From the NCBI RefSeq assembly GCF_009914755.1, contig NC_060926.1: 64,000 nucleotides of DNA, one strand, 5' to 3'. A program made the position numbers and the translations under genes. Source of the stretch: the human T2T-CHM13v2.0 reference genome, Homo sapiens. Below, piece after piece: positions 12,698-28,517 of this stretch; position 1 is the first letter of the stretch; every line of letters begins with the position of its first letter. The notes below the pieces were generated by a model. That model was not told where the DNA came from. It did no database searches and was given only the letters and a program-made list of their open reading frames with translations.

Positions 12698-13967
12698 ACT
12701 GTATGAACCAGTAAGTACAGAACTCTGGGTATTGTAAGAGCTGCAGAGGTAATTTCCCCATACTTATCAATACATGCAGATTTTTAAAAAAAGCAATCAT
12801 TTATTAGAGACTCTGGTAAAATGTTTGCATTTATTAAAACTGACTCCTCTGCAAACCTTCCCCTCCACACACATTATTCTTCCTTTTTCTTCAAGTAAAT
12901 GTATATAAAATGAAAGTATTTCTTACAATTACTGCCTTTTTGGAATTTTCCTCAGCATTAGCTTCTTAAACTAACCTAGCAATCAATCTGTACAAAAAAT
13001 ATGAAAATTTCACATATTGCTATATTGAAGCATTTCTTTTTTATTTGCTTACAAATGGAATAGAATGTGAATGTATAAATTTATGATTGTTCTGAGAAAT
13101 AAAGTAAGCTTTGGGCTTCACTTTATTCTCACATGTAGAATGTGTTTGTGAAATAATGCACCCGTATTGGTAGTTGCAAGTTGGGCAAAGTGATGAATAA
13201 ACATGATTAATTCATTTTAATCAGTTATAATATTTTAAAATAAGTGTCTTACCTTTTAAATAATTAAATTAGTATGGGGTTAGCTGTGGAAGATGTGTAA
13301 AACAATACTTTACAAAGTCAAGTAATTCAGAATCCAGATAACATTTTCATGCTGGAATTGTCTTTTTGTTTAAGGAAGCCATTCAGTTTCCATATTTTTC
13401 TCTTGATTTCAGAAGGCCAGGAATCTCTAACCATAAATTCTGTTTTATTTTTCTTATTTAGCAAACACTGACTGAGTATTTGTTAGGTTCCAGGTGCTGT
13501 ATTATATGTCTTTAATACTTGTTATTTAAATTAAATCCTGACAAAAGCTATACAATACTGTGTTCTCGTTCCTATACTCTGAATTATGAGAATGGTTTGG
13601 GCAAATCATTGTAAACTGAAATGTGCATAGCCTGAGAATTCAAACTTAAGAAGAATTAGTGATAAGTAAAATACCCAAATATGTACTCGTTGGCAAAGAA
13701 TGTCATATCTACACTGGAAATGAAAAAGCAAACATACTTAACAAATACAATTTTTTTCCTATTTTGACAGGTTCATGATTAATTTTGAAAATATAAATGA
13801 ATGTTTTTGGGAAAAATGTAAGATTATCCAAATAAAAATAAGAGGTCCTCTCTGTATAATATCATTAATTATGTCCTATTTTAGAAGCATTGTTGAATAT
13901 TGTAATAAGATATTTGTAAATTACTTCCTGAAACTAAAATGATTTTATATGGAATTGCTGTTCTTGA

Positions 13968-14195
13968 CCTTCTTTCCTTCCTTCCTTCCTTCCTCTCTCT
14001 CTCTTTCTCTTTCTTTCTTCTTCTTTCTTTTTCTTTCTTCTTCTTTCTTTTCTTTCTTTCCTTTCTTTCCTTCTTTCCTTTCTTTTTCTTTCTTTCTTTC
14101 TCTCTTTCTTTCTCTTTCTCTCTCTCTTTCTCTCTCTCTCTTTCTCTTTCTTTTCTTCTTTTCTTTTCTTTTCTTTTCTTTTCTTCTTTCCCTTT
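13968..14195. repeat. Compound (CCTT)/(CT)/(CTT)/(CTTT)/(CTTTT) polypyrimidine tract
   Basis: 228 nt with no purine on the + strand. Confidence 0.97.
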
Positions 14196-15358
14196 GGTTA
14201 TACAATGATACTATATCCAGGAGAAGGAATTCAACCTCACCAGAAAGAAAACCAAATTCTACAATCTCCTTCACTCACTTCCTTACCAATATGTCTATTG
14301 GATTTTAAAATAAAGCTCAAAAGTTTGGTTTTGGTGGAGATGGAGGTGAAAACATGTCTCTTCTTGGTCACTAAACAAACTGTGTTCTTTGCTTTTAGGG
14401 AATTGCTTTCCCCCCAAAGTTAGTCAGAACCAGCCATGTTACTACCTGATGTCTTTGAAGACTCCGGTCATGTCTTGTCTAATTTCCATCTTTGGATGTT
14501 CATGTCCCCCTACCTCAAAAGACCGTGCTCTGGTCTAAAACACTGTCCCCCAGTGCTTTTACTAACTAATGCCCTCAGGTGTTCTTTAGCTGAATAGCTC
14601 TTTCTTCACATTCAAGGAGCTGCCTAGTAGGATTTCTAGATTTTCTCTGTCTCAAGAAGAGAAAAGGCCACACAACTTGGGTAGAGATCAGCAATTTCCC
14701 AGCTCTCTTTCAGTCTCTCAGATATCTTTCAACCAGTGAGGATTAAGAGCAAGGAGGAGAAGAACTCCCTTCATAATATTTCTTCTCCTCATAGCTCACC
14801 TTCTCTTTTTGCTGCTGAATCTTATACTAACATACTCATTTCTATAATTCTGAGCTTCAGGGTTTTTAGGAGATGGGTGTTTTCTCTCCTTCATTCATAT
14901 TCCTGATGTCTTGTCCCTTACTTTTCCCTTTTTATGACAATCAGTGCCTGCCCACATACTCCAAATCAACTGAATTTCTGAGCAGCACAGAGCAGGGATT
15001 ATATCTTAAACTCCAAATTCTCTCCGTTGCTTTTCTCAAACTTCACTCACTGATACAGGCACATTGCTGCACAAACACACATTCTACATATGGGAAGAAA
15101 TGAGGCCCCAATCTTACCCTTTTTCACAACAATGACAAACTTAGACATACATATTTGATTGCACTCATAAGCAAGTGAAAAACAAATGCTTTAAGATAGC
15201 AATATATGAGGTCTTTATATATTTTTTGTGCAGATTTTAATTGTTAGATTAGTTTAGGAAGCAGACACTGAGGAAAGTTTCAAAAAGGCAGTAATTGTGA
15301 AGAAATACTTTAACGTATAGATAGATATAGATATTGACTTGAAGAAAAAGGGGTATAG

Positions 15359-15508
15359 ACATATATATGTATATATATACACATATATACATATATACAC
15401 ATATATACATATATACACATATATACATATATACACACACATATATATACGTATATATATACACACACATATATATATGTATATATATACACACACATAT
15501 ATATATAT
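15359..15508. repeat. (TA)/(CA) compound microsatellite
   Basis: About 150 nt of uninterrupted purine-pyrimidine alternation. Confidence 0.97.
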
Positions 15509-17059
15509 TTGTTGGGTTGAAATGTTGAAAAAACAGGTTTTAATGAAGTCAATCATTTCACTAGCATGTTTAGTCAATGTATTTTTGTATTTTTATTTAC
15601 TAAGGAGTATGGCCAAATTACCTTTGTTGTTCTTCAGTTAAAATTGTTTCCATATATTGTCTACACTCTTGTAAATAATGTAGCCATTGCTTAGGTTAAA
15701 AAAGCCACTTAGGAGGTGTTTTTTTTTTTTTTGAAAGTGCATTTAGTCCTTGTGAACCTCAGTTTCCTCATTGCTGTGGGAATTGAGTATGAAAATAAAT
15801 ATTAAATTTTCTTGTCAACCCTTAAGTGTTGAAAAAATATAATCAATGAGGCAGATAACAACAAATAAAACCATCACTGTCTGGGTTATCATTTCTCAGC
15901 CAGTGGACTTTAGAATTATTTCAGAGAATTTACACCATTGAGGTTGGAAAAAATTCAAATTTCATTCCCTTTTCTTATTAACAAGTACCATAATTACTTG
16001 AAAGGTTTTGTGTTTAAACATAATTATCTCAGAACTCCCCAGTGCTCATACAGTAAGCATGCATAGGATTATTGGACATCATGTGAGCATGTTCATAATT
16101 AAATTGCTTAATCAATTGATCATCCAGTTGACTACACTATTGTTATAATTTTCAACCATCAACGAGTTTTAAATTATTTTTCACCCAGTCGTGTATTGCT
16201 GCTGTTTCTACAAATAGACTGATACTTAATGATAGAATATGTAAGTAATACTGATATTGAAATAGAGTATGTACCATGTGTGTCATAAACCATGCAAAAA
16301 TGGGCAAATTATTATTTTTACAATGTTAAAGAGAGTGAGTAACATCACACCATATTCTAAAAGGGTTGGCAAATACTCTTTAGCCAGACAAATTAATGTA
16401 AAGCTCTTCTTTTAGAAGAGAAGTGGAGGAGCTCAGATCCTAACCAGTGTGCTTCTCATTATTTCAGTGGCTGTTGTCTGAGAGCCCATAAAAACACACT
16501 GAAAGCCAACATAACAGATACTTCTTTTCCTAATAATTCCAAATATGAAAGGTAATTTTGGTTATAAAGATCTATGCTGCAGTGGTTGACAGAGTATTTC
16601 ACTTGGATATATTCATGCTGTCTACTCATCCAACATTAGACATTCTTCAATAAAAAATTATTTTCTAAAGTGTTGTTTTACCAGTTGCCAAATAAACTGA
16701 AGCTCTTATATTCAGTCGTCACAGAATCAAATGATGGCATCATAATGCACCTACTCTAACAATTGAATCTTGGTGTTCAGTGATCAGAACTAGCTTATAA
16801 GAGGAAATACATTTGAGACTCCTTTTAAAAACTTAGGTTTTATATCTATTTTAAATAGGTATGTCTTCCTCAAGTATATTTAAGGTACTTTTCTGACAAA
16901 TTGAGACAGATATTTGAGACTGTTTTCTAACACTTTTGTACTAAGTAAAGCAATAGTAACTTTATTCATGAACAGTAAAGAATACAATAACATCGCAAAT
17001 GGCACTGAAGACAAAAATAACAAAATAGTAGTTAAGACTAAATAAAATCTCCTAATCAA

Positions 17060-17273
17060 ACTGCATCTATTTATTCCAGTGCCTCTTCTTACTAGTATAT
17101 GTCCACAGACAAGGAATTTACAATTGCCAGGTTCTACTCTCTCATCTTCAAAATCGTGAATGTAATACAATGTACTTTATTGTGTTGTGAAAATTAAAGA
17201 GAGAATTCATGCAAATAGTTAGCACAATACCTGGAACATAGGAAATTCTCAGTAAATTTAAGCTCCTGTTATT
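17060..17273 (+). mobile_element. MIR
   Basis: CTCTCATCTTCAAAAT..GTTGTGAAAATTAAA..TTAGCACAATACCTGGAACATAG MIR core and tail. Confidence 0.7.
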
Positions 17274-20179
17274 AAGATCAATGGGTTGTGGGTGACAAGA
17301 CAATTATGGGTGAGTAAATCATTATCTCCTATGCTTACAAAAATACGCCTCAAGTGCAAAGGGTGAGTTTTTGTTAGTCAACATTTTTTTTTTAACCAGG
17401 CTTATCATCTATAAGCCTTCTGTATGAAAATATAATATTCATAATTTTATAGAGAAAGCAAAATAGCATAATTAAGGAAATAATTCACATTTGTCTTAAA
17501 ACAAATCTCATTTTTAGTGCTATAAAATTCTTTTACAAATAGCATGAGGTCAAATAATAAATTTGTGAAACCAATTGGCTCCACACAAGCTGAGCTAATG
17601 AGGGTCATTTGGGTCAAATCCTCAAATTACAAATAAATGTTATCGTTTATCAACTAAACACTTTTCTCAATAAATCTTTGCACTGCTTTTCTTACCTCTC
17701 AGCCACATCGTTTGAAATCTCTTCTGATTTAGCAAAACCAGTTTACCTGTGTCTGACCTCTCACCCAGTAGAAACTTTTACATTCAAATAGGAGCAAATT
17801 CAAATACTGCATAATGCAAAATGTAATTTGGAGGTAAATCACACCTCAGTTGCACTAACACAGTCATTTTTCATCTCCCCCAAATAGATCTACTCCAGGA
17901 AAAGTGTTGATCTATGGAGAAACTCCCAATGCACCTACACAAAAAAAGCATCTGTCTGCGTTCCATTGACAAAGACCACCCTTAGTGTGGACAGCACGTT
18001 TTCTTATCTATTTGATTCATGGGATGTTTATGTGGATAATTCCTTTGAAATCCAGCTTGATTTATGAACAATCTTCTCTGCTCTATTGAGCCATTAAATC
18101 CAGAGTATTAGTGCATTTGGAATACACAGAGATGATAATGACATCCAAAGAAGAGTCCAGCAAAACTTATTTCCATGAGGACTTTTTCAGAGGGATGAAG
18201 TAACATTAGCTATACAGGTTAGCATTATAAGACTTCCCAAGTGTAGATGAGAATAATGGCAACTCTGTGGTCCTAAGGATGAATATTGCTCTGGAATATG
18301 CATTTTACACTATATGAAAGAAATTAGGATCGATATAAGCTCACTTATCTTTGCCTTATTCCTCCTCATGTTGTTTTTGTCTAGATTGTCTCAGCCACTT
18401 GTTTTATTTTACTTAAATTTTAATTTCATCTTATTGTAAACCTCCATTCCTTCAGAAACAGGTCAAGAAACATGTCAATCTACCTAAGTGAATAACTAAT
18501 ATTAACAATTAAATAATAAATAGTACTGAATGAATATACGAATACAAGAATAAATAAAAATAAAATGTATTACTTCATCGATGGATTTCCTAGTAGATGG
18601 GGAAACGGTGAGAGGATATGAGCTTCAATAAGAAAAATGGTGCAAAATAAGGCAGAAGCAAATGCCCAAAACAAATCAACACATTCACAATTTTTCCAAG
18701 GACCTGTCATGTATATATTTTTTTCTTTTTTTAACCATTTGTGGCCCCTTTTTTTAACCATTTGTGGCCCCTTTCTTATATCTCATTTCTCTCTTTTGTA
18801 AGGCTTCTGTGTTAATTGACAGCATGTTCAGATATAAATCCATCACAGGAATGTGATGAAATTAGCCATTCAGACCCCTGATATTAAGAAATTCAAAGAA
18901 ATGGATAGAGTATCCAACCAGTGAGGAATTAAAGAAGAAAGAAGAGAAAGAGAAGGAGAGAGAAACTAGCTGTAAAGTTGGGATGGGTCGGGGGTGGTGA
19001 AGAAAACCAATTATTCATTGAAGGTGCCAGAAGGAAAATTGATGGCATGAATCCATAGCTTCTCACCATAAAGGTGAATAATGACACAGACACTTAGATT
19101 GGGGAATGAGAAAAAAAAGGTGCATGCAAGGTTCTTCTATTTATATCTGATTAAGATATGAAAAGAAAATGAGAGACTGGATTACTAAAGAAAAATTCCA
19201 GACAGTTAAGCAATTTTAGGAATGATTCACTTTAAGATATGGCCATCAATTATTTATAAGGGTTAATAAATAGATTTATAAGCAAGAGGTACATGGAATC
19301 TAGAAATACATAAATGCTCTTCAAATTATTTACAGCTCTGACAAGTCATAACACATGAACTACTACCAAAAACACCATTTACTTGACTTTAAAATTTGCA
19401 CCATAAACTATAAATGGACCAGTTATGGAGCATCAGCCATTTGTAATGTGCCATGCAATATTTAACATCAACTAAATGTGTTTTCACTAGCTGCTGACCA
19501 CTTGGATTAATTTAATAAGCATGCCTAGTGCCTAATGATTTATTTGTGGGTAAATGATCATAACTATTTAATGGCCTTAATATTACAGATGTAATTCTGA
19601 AATAAAATATCATAACTTGGATTTAGTACATCCAGTTAAATAACAAGCATCGACATTTTTAAAAAATAATAAAAACAGTGGCCAGAAAAAGAAATTAAAG
19701 CACTTGCTAGTCATATGTCCCCATAGGTTTCCAGCTTCATATTGGCTTTATTTCTTTTTTTCCTTTCATTTAGGTCACCCATTAATTTTCTTTCTTCATT
19801 TGCACACCCTCTTCCATTTCCTGTACTATCTTTTGTTCTAATCCTCTAGTAATTCCCCAGTGAGCTCTCAGCTTCCAAAGGGCACTCTATTTCTATTAAG
19901 CATGGCAGTCAACAAGTGGAAATAGTCCTTGGTTGTCCTGCTTTCTGGGTGAATAGCAGAGTCCCTTTGCATCACCTCAAAGACTCTGATTCTCATGATC
20001 CTCAGTCTGGTGCTGAATTGTGCTTTTGCTCATCCACACACATCCCCTACCCCAACTGTAATGTCTAACACTGCACATACATTTATGGTAATTTGAATAA
20101 CGCCTACATTTCAGTGTTTTCTATAGTACTGGAAGAGGTAATAAAGAATTAAGAGTTGCTAATAATCTGTGTTTAGAAT

Positions 20180-21634
<1,455 letters not shown>

Positions 21635-21669
21635 AGGCCATGGCATTACCGTCTCTTCATACTTTGTTT

Positions 21670-21860
21670 CATTAGTCATCATAAACTAGGTTATGCTGTG
21701 GAAACAAAAAAGTCTAAGTTGCTGAACTAAATAGGACTTCATTTCTCACTCATGGTACATGACAAATGTCAGTTGTCAGAAGGCCTTGCTCACTGGAGTC
21801 ATTCAAGGACCCAGGTCGAAGGAGTCTTCTACCTAGCACAGGATTCCAAGACATTGTGGT
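21670..21860 (-). mobile_element. MLT1 (J/K-like) LTR fragment
   Basis: CTAGGTTATGCTGTGGAAACAAA..TTCATTTCTCACTCATG..CATTCAAGGACCCAGG. Confidence 0.5.
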
Positions 21861-22109
21861 AAGATGAGAATCTAGAACCAAGGAAGATGTTTTTATGTTC
21901 ATCACCTCCTGTTTGTTTTATTTTAAGGCTTTTCTCCAATATTTGTCAAATTAACTTAATATTTAGTGAATTAATATAGTTTAAAAGTCTAACCAGTATA
22001 AAACAACATGTACTCAGAAAGGTCCATCCACACATTCACTAAATGTATTTATTCACTTTCATTAGCTTGTGGTTCATCCTTTCTTCTTTTTTTTTTATTT
22101 TTTTGAAAA

Positions 22110-23050
22110 AACAAAAGAAAATAATGTCCTTTTTATTTTCAGAAATGTAACACTAACATTATGCTTTTTCCTCTTAATAATATATCCTGGCAATTACTCT
22201 ATATCTGTTCATGGGACTCTTTCTCATTCTGTTTCTATAGCTGTATGGTTCTCCACTGTAAGAATGTACCAGGTCTTATTCAACTATCTCTTGTGTGTAA
22301 TTATGTTGAATTTCTAATGTTTTACTGGTATAATAATGCTGCAGGGAATCTCTTTTGCATATTTGTTTTCATATGGTTGTAGTTGTATTATTCAGGGTAA
22401 CCTCCTAGGAGTGAGTTTACTGAGTCAAAGGGTAAATGTATATGAAATTCTGTTAGACATTGCCAAATTCTCCCTCAAAAGAATTGTACCATTTTTGTAT
22501 TTCTAGAACAATGAATGAAATTTCTCTTTCCCCACAGATTTGCCAGAAAGTATACAGTCAAGTTTTAACATTTTGTCAATTTTATAGTGAAAAAGGTTTT
22601 TATTACTATTTTCTTTATTTTGAATGAATTTGGACATTGTTTTGCACGTTTAATAAAAATTTGCCTCTTGTTCTGTGAACAATTAGGTCTTTTGTTCATT
22701 TTCAAAAGTGGTTAGCTACATTTACTCATGTATTAGATACTCTTATGTATTGTAGATATTAGCCTTTTATCTCTGATATAAATTCAAATATTTCTTTCAG
22801 TGTGTTTTTGCCTTTTGATTTTGCTTATAGTGTTACACAAAAGTCATTTTTATGTTGTTAAATTTATCAAATTTTTGTTTTATGGTTTCTTGATTTCAAG
22901 TCATATAAAGTTCTTCCCTACACACACACACACAAAATATATAAAAGGAGTCACTGATGTTGCCTTCTAGTGCTTGTATGATTCCATTATTTTTACTTTT
23001 GTATCTCTGATCCTTTTGGACTATTTTATTATGCTATTAATTTATTTTAT
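22110..23050 (-). mobile_element. Ancient L1 (L1ME/L1MC-like) fragment
   Basis: CCTAGGAGTGAGTTTACTGAGTCAAAGGGTA..ATTGCCAAATT..TTGTACCATTTT, the antisense ORF2-end pattern. Confidence 0.65.
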
Positions 23051-23229
23051 CCTAAATAAAACTATCCGCTGAGTAGTACTTCTATCTTCTCTAATCTCTG
23101 ATATCTTCCTGTCTAATTCTCCACTCTACTGATTCCTTTATCTGCATAACCATCAAGATCATTAAAGAAGTCAAATAATCTGATTTATATTTTGAATAAT
23201 CTGATTTATATCGATTCATATTTTCCTTC

Positions 23230-23640
23230 CTATTAGTTTTTGTTTGGGGAAGAAATAACTGTAATATCTCAGTGGCATAAAAAACAAAGATTTACTTCTT
23301 ACTCGAGTGAAGCCATTGTTCATTTTGGACTTAGCTCATCTGCCTGGCTTCAGCTGGGCTGTGGGCAGACTGCAATTCTGTTCCTTACATCTTCTCATTC
23401 CAGGATCCAGATTGAAAAAGCAGCACCTCTCTGGAATATGCCCCTATTTCATGCAGGAATGAGAGAGCACTAGCTAGCTCAAACACATCATCAGATTTGA
23501 AACTTCACCCTAATGCCAAAACTTCATCATTCAAGCAAAACATGTCATTCTTCCAAACCCAAGTTACAAAACAACAGACAGGACAGTAAAATCTTACAAA
23601 AGGGAAAGTGCAAATACTTGCAAAAAATAGTTTTATTATC
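23230..23640 (-). mobile_element. MLT1 (J/K-like) LTR fragment
   Basis: ATCTCAGTGGCATAAAAAACAAAGATTTACTTCTTACTC..CCAGGATCCAGATTGAAAAAGCAGCACCTCTCTGG. Confidence 0.55.
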
Positions 23641-24304
23641 GCTACTGTATAGTTTGTAATAAAATAAGAATGCTATTAAATATATTAGTTTAGTAATGTC
23701 TTAATTATTAATAAACAGAGGCCATAGAAAGTATACAGAATTTGAGAAGGTAAAAATGGAACAGTTATGTATAAATTCAACATCTAGGGATAAATATTAT
23801 AAATATTATTAGTGTTTTATGTATTGCCAGTATTTCTCAATAATACCACAAAAAAATTATTCAAAGTATTATCAAATTTTTCTATCCTATATTAGTGTAG
23901 GAAATAGAATTTTATTTTTGTTAAGAAAACCATAATGTGTAATATATTAAAATGCATATATTATAGGTATGTAAAAATATGTAGTAGTTTATTGATTTTT
24001 TCTCAGTCTGGAGCCTTTTAAGCTACTATTTTATTTTAAATCTAGCTATGGAAAGAAACTTTTAAATGTCAGTTCATTCATTTCCTACACAAGTTATCCA
24101 ATTAAAGGACTTTTACCAAGGTTGTTAGATTTTCAAATTTACATAGTTTGACAGTTGGCTTATTTGATAGTCTTACTTTAACAATGTTAATTTGCTATTC
24201 ATCTATTTTATTATTTTAAAATTATGTTTATGCTATTAGAAACTGCCTAAATAATGACTTAAAATTTAGTATGAATATGAGGCAATATGAAAATAAATGC
24301 TTAA

Positions 24305-24406
24305 CTCACTAGACTTCAATTTTCCTGAGGGCAGGCTCTCAGTCGCCCTGAAACCCCTGACAGAGAATAGACACTAGATGAATTTTGAAAGGATGAATTA
24401 ATGAAT
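24305..24406 (+). mobile_element. L2 3' terminal fragment
   Basis: CACTAGACTTCAATTTTCCTGAGGGCAGG..CCTGACAGAGAATAGACAC..GATGAATTAATGAAT. Confidence 0.55.
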
Positions 24407-24422
24407 AGCCTCTTTCCTGTGT

Positions 24423-24753
<331 letters not shown>

Positions 24754-24789
24754 CCTGTGTAATTTTTTTTAAAGTGGCTTGCGTAATTT

Positions 24790-25095
24790 TTTTTCAATGC
24801 TAATACCAGAGCTCTATCCAAAGACATTTTAATTTAAAGTCTGGGATAGGGCTTATAGATAAATGGTTTTACATGTTCCTTGGGTAATTCTAACATGCAA
24901 CCCTGGTTCCGAATCATTAGTCTAGTTGCCTCAGCACTTTGCTAATGTCAATGTAGTTCTTATGTCATCTCTGTCACATAAGAAGCTGCTAAAATGGCAA
25001 ATCTTCAGGCCTCACCTCAAACTCATATCAGAAACTACATTTTGACAATATCTCCCAGATGATTTATGTGTACAATAAAAATTTGATAAGTATTA
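24790..25095. mobile_element. Two MER5-like hAT-Charlie MITE remnants
   Basis: GGTAATTCTAACATGCAACCCTGGTTCCGAATCATT and CATTTTGACAATATCTCCCAGATGATTTATGTGTACA match MER5A/B ends. Confidence 0.55.
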
Positions 25096-26619
25096 TGTCC
25101 AGTGTATAAAGTATTATGACAAAATGGTGAAGTATTACGACAAAATGATGACGATGGTCATAAGAAGAGAGAGATGGAACAGAAAGTACACCAGGCAGTG
25201 TTCTTAGTCAAAGTACCAGATGGCCAATCTGTGCTGCAGGTTGAAGTCCATAATGATTAGCACTGAGATCTTGTCTGTAGGTTTAACATACTTTGTAAGC
25301 ACGTAAGTGTCGAAGCTGGTCAAAGAGGATTATTTTAAACATTTACCCAAGTAAATTTCCAAGTATGAAGAGTATGAATTAGAATGAGGATACATTCAAA
25401 AGCTTCTTACCAAAGCAGAAAGGTCTGAGTATTTTCAGTGGATATTTTGAGGATAACCCAAGTCATGCCTCATATACTATGGCAGAACTGAAAGAAGTAA
25501 AGAGAATGGTAACACTTCACCAGAGATTACAGATTTGATCTCTTCCTGTGGGAGCAGTTGTATTTGATAAGGCCTGATAGAATAGGGTGGCCTTGGATTT
25601 AAAGTGGTTTGGGTAGTGGTTTTGTCATGGCTGTTTCTTGAGTTTGAGTATATGTTTGTTGATTACTTCTAAACCATTCACTTTCATTTATTCTTCAGCC
25701 TAGCCAAACACTGACTGGTTCAAGTACTAATTTTTAAGCTTTTATATCTGTGATTATTCCACTGTTTCATCTTTTTATCCATTTTTACTGTATTTTGGAA
25801 AGAACACGTGAACTGTTCTTCAATTTCTGCACTCTCATTCTTCTCTTACTGTTTGTCAGATTTTCAACTCTGTTTAATTTCTTTGCAATCTTTAATTATC
25901 TATCCTAGCTTTTTATTCATGTCTATCTGCATCTCAGCTACCTTGTATTTTATGTCAACATCTCAATAGTTTTTCTTTTTCTTCTTAAAGTCCATAGTTC
26001 TTTGACTTTTGTTAATTATATGATGCAGATGATTTTTTAAATTTAGTCCCATTTCTTTTGAAAAATATGAAAAGTTTAATTATTTTCTATATCTGGAGTA
26101 CATTTTATTTAAATCGTGTTAAATCTTTAAAAGCCTTACAATATTTTCCATTTCCTCCTCTTTTGTGAAGAAAGGTCAATTTTAGCTTTATTGTTTGAAT
26201 GACACAAGTACTTTTCCTACATTTTCTCCATATTATTTGTTATTAAACTCTTACATTTAGACTACAAATACAGTCAATATGCAAAATCTGCACTCAGAGT
26301 CTGCATTTATTTATTTAGTGTAATTGCAAGAAAGAGGAATGAGGCATTTTCTTATTCTGTTACCATCTGACACTGCTGACATTTTTTTAAATTTTTTGAA
26401 TTATTTGAAAGTGTAATAGCCTTAACTTTGCCAGAAAGACTGAATGGAAAATTTTGGTCCACCAAGTGGCATCTTTTATTTGTTGCAGCTTCTTATTATC
26501 AAGTTTATATCAGAATTTAATGCTCATTGTCCAATTCCTTTGATTATGTCACAATACTTAACTATAATTCCATGACTACAGTTGCTGCTACACTTACTAC
26601 TACCACTAATTCTACAATT

Positions 26620-26960
26620 TACACATAACTTAATACATTCTGGATACCAGCAAAAAAGGTCACATACAGGGCTTAATTAAATGCTTAGACTCTGTGAGGT
26701 AGGTATCATTCCCTTTTTAAAAGATGAATACATTTCTGCAAATGGTAGTCCATTAATGTGCATAAAGTAATGACAATAATAAATGATCATGACAAACGCT
26801 TACTCTGTTCCAATGACAGTTCTAAAGTGTTACCTATATTAATTCATTTAATCCTTACAACAACCTCAAATAGTAGATACTGGTATTAACTATATTTTAC
26901 AGCATAAAAGTAAGGCTTAATAACTTGTTCACTATTATGTGTACAAGTAAGTATTCAAAC
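26620..26960 (-). mobile_element. MIR fragments
   Basis: CTCTGTGAGGTAGGTATCATTCCC..AGATGAA and TCATTTAATCCTTACAACAACC..ATTTTACAG. Confidence 0.6.
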
Positions 26961-27622
26961 AAAAGCATGGCTTGGAGGCATTAGAGAACTGGATTATTTT
27001 GCTGTCTTAGAAAGCCACATCCATCCTGCAGGTGTTGATGCTTACCCTCTCTGTGGACCCCAAATCTTCTGAGTTACAAGTACAAAGTAGGGTTGGGTGA
27101 AAATTTCCTTTCCCCACTTAACTGCTTTGGTTTGCCTTTAAGAGTGAATTGCATTTTACTAAAATTACATCCAGAAATTTCATTCTGGGGCTGGAAGATT
27201 GACATTTATATACTCATTTCCCTTTGTTGAATTAACAGTTGCATTGTTTCCTCTGCTCTTATGAGCATTCAACAGGAAATATGAATTAAACGTAGTTATC
27301 TGACTACTATCTTACCAAGAAGTCTATGAAGAATTCTGTTACTCTGTTGGAATGCTCCCGGTTGAAATAATTTAGTGAATCTCTCTTTGCCAATTATAAG
27401 AATCACTCTATCAATCAATGTGTCTTTAGTCTTTCCTTGCTCTGTTACATTTTCCTAGCATAGGAATCTGATTTTGCTAATCCCTTGCACAGTATTTTTC
27501 AATGGCTCTCCATTGGCTAGAAGACAAACTAAATTGATTACCTGACAGGCAATGCCCTTCATGATCTGGCCACTCCCAAATATCAACTTTATACCTTTGC
27601 ACTCTTACCTGTTTTACTGTGA

Positions 27623-28022
<400 letters not shown>

Positions 28023-28156
28023 TAATTACTTTCCTAAACTGGTCAGTGCCCTTCCCTTTATGTTTCCTTTTCTTTTCCCTCAATACTTTCTACAATATGT
28101 TTGTAATAGCAAATATCTTATTTATTTACAAAATTAATAAACATAAATTGAGTGTT

Positions 28157-28517
<361 letters not shown>

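Noticed and set aside
13939-15641. Low-complexity ORFs (FS-, KER-, YI/CV-rich)
   Set aside because: Translations of microsatellites.
24311-24357. Minus-strand exon-like segment (ctctgtcag|...|gtgagt) beside the AluYb9
   Set aside because: Lies within an L2 3' remnant; the splice-like motifs are likely chance and nothing else supports them.
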